Part shown: positions 61,067 to 64,000 of the stretch, one piece after another | How positions within the stretch are numbered: position 1 is the first letter of the stretch | How the letters are laid out: each line of letters begins with the position of its first letter | Assembly (NCBI GenBank): GCA_002390425.1 | Contig: DGPL01000060.1 | Coordinates: 9,473-73,472 of the forward strand | Source: Kordiimonadaceae bacterium UBA4441 | Lineage (GTDB): Bacteria > Pseudomonadota > Alphaproteobacteria > Sphingomonadales > Emcibacteraceae | DNA: 64,000 bases | Reading direction: 5' to 3' | The notes under the pieces: generated by a model | Told to the model about the DNA's origin: nothing | Seen by the model: only the letters and a program-made list of their open reading frames with translations | Databases searched by the model: none | Program-made: the position numbers and the translations under genes

Positions 61067-62403
61067 TTGATTTCTCCGCTGATTTGCGTGTTGTTTGTGA
61101 AATAATAATTTAATTGAATGATTGTTTTTTGACGGTCGACTTCGATATTAAGCGCATCGATCTTTGCATTCAGTTCCGCGATCCTTGCACGGACAACTTC
61201 GGCAAAATCACCATCATCATTTGTGTAAGCAGTAAGTGATGCTTCGGCTTGTTCTGCCATTTGCGGCAGCAGGTCATTTTCATAAAGTGCTTTGCGTTCA
61301 TTAAGACGGTTTAGCTGTGCTTTGGATGTTTCAAATCCCGCTTTCAGTTTTCGGAGCAACTGCCATTGTTCTGTGCGAATGGCTTCTCGTTTTGAAACGG
61401 CAGCACTATATTCCTTGTCTTGTCTGTTGGCTGTGAACAAAGGAACGCTTAAAGATACACCAACGGAAAGGACATCCGAACGGCTATTGCCAAAGGGATC
61501 ACTATTGCGTCTACCATAGCTCGCGTTTAGTCCCCATGCGGGTTTATATTTTTGCTTGGCAAGATCAACGCCTGCACCAGTGGCACTTATTTTCTGATCA
61601 AGCGATTTCATCATCGGATGATCATCAAGGACATTATACAAGTCCTCGTCTTCTATCATCACACCATCGTCAGCATAATCAGGATGAGTGATCATTGTGT
61701 TTGGCAGATGATCAACGATAATGAGGCTACCGAGCTTGGTATTTTCAGCATTCAACCATTCTGCCAATCTTTCCGTATACACGTCCTTGGCCTGACTTAG
61801 CATTGTAACGCGATCATTAAGACGAGTAAGCTCTAACTGCGAGCGAATAATGTCATGCTGTCTTGTACCGCCCATGGCCGTTGAATAGCTCGACATGGCA
61901 ATATCAGTGAGTTGCTCAAACAGTGATCTGTTTTCTTCAATAAGAGAAATACTCTTCTGCGCTTTATAAGCATCAAGCCAAAGATGGCTGACTGTCACCG
62001 CAACCTTGGCTTTTCTGTCTTCTCTCTGGAAGGGATAAGCATCTGCTTCTAGCTCAAGCTGACGACGTTTGATATTGAGACTATCCCCTTGCGGAAACAT
62101 CTGGGATACTCCGACCTTCATTTGTGTCATGCCATCTTTATTCAATGAAAAACTATCTGTTGGCAAGTTTGCCATTGATAAGGACACCTGTGGATCTAGT
62201 AATGATCCCACAGCAACACTCATGGATTTTGTGGCATCTTGCATGTGTTGATTGCCTGTAATCCATGGATCATTTTCTTGGGCGATTGTGACCGCCTGTT
62301 CCATGAAAAGCGTCATTCCAGTATCTTGTGCGACAGCATTTTCACTTATTGTGATTACGCCGGAAGCCACTATCATAGTCTTTAAAATTCTTATTTTTAT
62401 CAT
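61063..62403 (-). CDS. cusC: TolC-family outer-membrane factor (CusC type)
   Basis: Two OEP repeats. The start at 62403 gives the signal peptide MIKIRILKTMIVASGVITISENAVA|QD with GAGGG 8 nt upstream. The listed ORF starts at 62496. Confidence 0.85.
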   Translation of the reverse strand: MIKIRILKTMIVASGVITISENAVAQDTGMTLFMEQAVTIAQENDPWITGNQHMQDATKSMSVAVGSLLDPQVSLSMANLPTDSFSLNKDGMTQMKVGVSQMFPQGDSLNIKRRQLELEADAYPFQREDRKAKVAVTVSHLWLDAYKAQKSISLIEENRSLFEQLTDIAMSSYSTAMGGTRQHDIIRSQLELTRLNDRVTMLSQAKDVYTERLAEWLNAENTKLGSLIIVDHLPNTMITHPDYADDGVMIEDEDLYNVLDDHPMMKSLDQKISATGAGVDLAKQKYKPAWGLNASYGRRNSDPFGNSRSDVLSVGVSLSVPLFTANRQDKEYSAAVSKREAIRTEQWQLLRKLKAGFETSKAQLNRLNERKALYENDLLPQMAEQAEASLTAYTNDDGDFAEVVRARIAELNAKIDALNIEVDRQKTIIQLNYYFTNNTQISGEIK

Positions 62404-62521
62404 CGTCTTTATCCCTCTTGGCCTGAGCCAGAGCTCGTTCTTCTTAAAAATTGAGAGGAGTTTTCCCATAAAGCCGTGCGAATATTCGGCATTCACCGAA
62501 TTTAGACGGACTTATCCTGTG

Positions 62522-62866
62522 TTAAGCAGAAATTGGTGGGTGATAAAGAGATGTAATAATATTGGAAATCATCATATGCTTAAGGCTGATGATTTGAGAA
62601 GAAGTCATTGAAAGTGTTTCAAATGAACCAGTATCAATTAGGGCAACTGTAATGGAAACAGCACATTGCATTTCGCAACTATCATCACAACAATCCATGG
62701 ACATCTTATCCATACCATCATGTGACATATCCATCGAACCATGATCCATCATAGCCATGTCATGCATATCCATTTCACAAGAACTAACACCAGCCGACGC
62801 CATCACTTGCCCCGTTAGGACAAACAACATCACTAATACCGTAAATATTTTAGTTCCAAATCGCAT
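62522..62866 (-). CDS. Small exported Met/Asp/His/Cys-rich protein, putative metal-binding
   Basis: The start at 62866 gives the signal peptide MRFGTKIFTVLVMLFVLTGQVMASAG. The next 42 residues contain 11 Met, 9 Asp, 5 Cys and 3 His. Lies directly upstream of cusC on the same strand. Confidence 0.55.
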   Translation of the reverse strand: MRFGTKIFTVLVMLFVLTGQVMASAGVSSCEMDMHDMAMMDHGSMDMSHDGMDKMSMDCCDDSCEMQCAVSITVALIDTGSFETLSMTSSQIISLKHMMISNIITSLYHPPISA

Positions 62867-63008
62867 ATGAATAATCATTCCTTTGTTCTTATTATATGAC
62901 AGAGATTTGTACATAATTCAATGTATCAATTAATTGGTTGTCCCGACCCTTTTAAGGTCATTCATCATAATATTCAATTTTAACAATTGTATCCTTGTAA
63001 TTAACTGG

Positions 63009-63446
63009 CTAATGGCAAGACTTCCCATGCTTTTGTAAACGCCAATAATTATAAGGCCAAGGGGTTAAGAAGCCCATGATTAAAGCTAAGGGGACTACCC
63101 ACCAAGTAAGTATCGCTCCACCCGTCAAAAGAAAATCGGTTGAGTTCATGGCAGTTTCCATTGCAAGCATGGAAATAAAGCTCATTCCGATGGCCGTTTT
63201 AAATGCTTTTGCCAAATCAAAACCTGCACGGACTAGGATGATGGTTTCCAGCAGTATACTTGTTAAAAGACCATTGATAGTCGCGAGGGCCATTATGGTA
63301 AATACAGGCAATTGAGAGCCGGTATATTGAAAGTAAGCAATGGTCCCAAAATCACCGATTGCACAACCGATCAAACACCATTTGGTATTGTGTGCGCTTT
63401 TAAGCCAGTTCTCTTTGTTGTTCCAGAAGGTCGCCATCATGTTCAT
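63009..63446 (-). CDS. DUF4396-like integral membrane protein with CxxxC and C-terminal HGKSCH
   Basis: 145 aa with four hydrophobic helices. Has WCLIGCAIGDFG near the N-terminus. The family assignment is from memory of the DUF4396 pattern. Confidence 0.5.
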   Translation of the reverse strand: MNMMATFWNNKENWLKSAHNTKWCLIGCAIGDFGTIAYFQYTGSQLPVFTIMALATINGLLTSILLETIILVRAGFDLAKAFKTAIGMSFISMLAMETAMNSTDFLLTGGAILTWWVVPLALIMGFLTPWPYNYWRLQKHGKSCH

Positions 63447-63530
63447 CCAAAAGTGTTATTACCTTGGGACTATCTATAAACTCGACTAACTGATTTTATG
63501 TTATACCCTGATTACTAATCGTTACACAAT

Positions 63531-64000
63531 TTACAGTTTATCTATTGAGTATCTCAATTTTTGGTCTTTTAATGAACGAAAATGGCTAGGGGTTAAACCA
63601 GTAATCTTCTTAAATTGACCACTCAAATGGGCAACACTGCTGTATCCCACCTGAAAGGCAATTTCACCCAATGTCAATTCGCCATAAACTAATAACTCTT
63701 TTACTTTCTCCACACGTAACCGAATGAAATATTGCTCAATGGTTATTCCTTCAACAGCAGAAAAAATATGGCTAAGATAATTATACTCAAGATTGACAGC
63801 ACTGCTTATATGTTCAGATAAAATTTTTTTGTCCGGATTTTCTATATTCTGAATATAATTAAGACACGCTATTTTGATGTCTCCAATCAACTTGCTTTTC
63901 TTATCACTAAGAATAGAGAAGCCCAAGTGCTCCAATGCGTCTGACAGTGCCTTTTGTTGATCATCTGCTAAATTGGCTCCATAATGATCACCAAGGTCAA
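63531..64000 (-). CDS. AraC-family transcriptional regulator, N-terminus beyond window
   Basis: C-terminal double HTH (LSHIFSAVEGITIEQYFIRLRVEKVKELL...IAFQVGYSSVAHLSGQFKKITGLTPSHFR). The frame stays open to nt 64000. Confidence 0.8.
   Translation of the reverse strand, partial: DLGDHYGANLADDQQKALSDALEHLGFSILSDKKSKLIGDIKIACLNYIQNIENPDKKILSEHISSAVNLEYNYLSHIFSAVEGITIEQYFIRLRVEKVKELLVYGELTLGEIAFQVGYSSVAHLSGQFKKITGLTPSHFRSLKDQKLRYSIDKL

Larger units (their letters stand above)
53744..64000. mobile_element. tRNA-Ser-associated genomic island (integrase plus Cu/Ag efflux module), right end beyond window
   Basis: A tyrosine integrase lies immediately 3' of the tRNA, followed by a heavy-metal efflux cargo that looks more G/C-rich than the housekeeping block (by eye only). 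Confidence 0.6.

Noticed and set aside
1-64000. CRISPR arrays, rRNA genes and IS/transposase genes.
   Set aside because: I saw no regularly spaced direct repeats, no rRNA-like sequence and no transposase-like ORFs on either strand. The only repeats found are those listed around the integrase.

Overview
By gene content this is chromosomal DNA from a low-GC alphaproteobacterium. The indicators are a DUF1013 protein, DUF3126, a COQ9-like gene divergent from rpsU, yqeY-dnaG-rpoD, and thrS/infC/rpmI-rplT-pheST. GC looks like roughly 40% by eye and was not computed. The window falls into three blocks.

(1) 1-14.7 kb is an accessory, catabolic-looking cluster. It holds four VOC/glyoxalase-fold genes, four alpha/beta-hydrolase genes, a family III CoA-transferase, an HMG-CoA-lyase-like gene, YciI, an MDR reductase, an AhpD-like protein, an MFS transporter, a class I cytochrome c, and two paralogous membrane proteins of unknown family. 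Many of these products carry Sec or Tat signals. Two genes here are visibly broken: one by an A8 homopolymer frameshift, one by a perfect 10-bp tandem duplication. The block ends at a tRNA with anticodon CAT.

(2) 14.8-53.6 kb is housekeeping: rpoD, dnaG, carAB, greA, an Lrp-family regulator, gloB, rpsU, purEK, ubiX, queG, thrS, infC, rpmI, rplT, pheST, lepA and rpmF. It also contains a few orphan genes, a histidine-kinase ATPase domain with no phosphoacceptor domain, a GGDEF protein, and a methyltransferase gene interrupted by an in-frame TAA.

(3) 53.65-64 kb is a tRNA-Ser(GGA)-linked island that runs off the right edge. It has a tyrosine integrase bracketed by four copies of a 16-bp palindromic motif. 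It then has a cusCBA-type Cu/Ag efflux operon whose CusB carries three tandem CusF-like domains. Beyond that lie a small Met/Asp/His/Cys-rich exported protein, a DUF4396-like membrane protein and an AraC-type regulator.

I saw no CRISPR array, rRNA or transposase. All family assignments come from reading the translations by eye. No database search was run.
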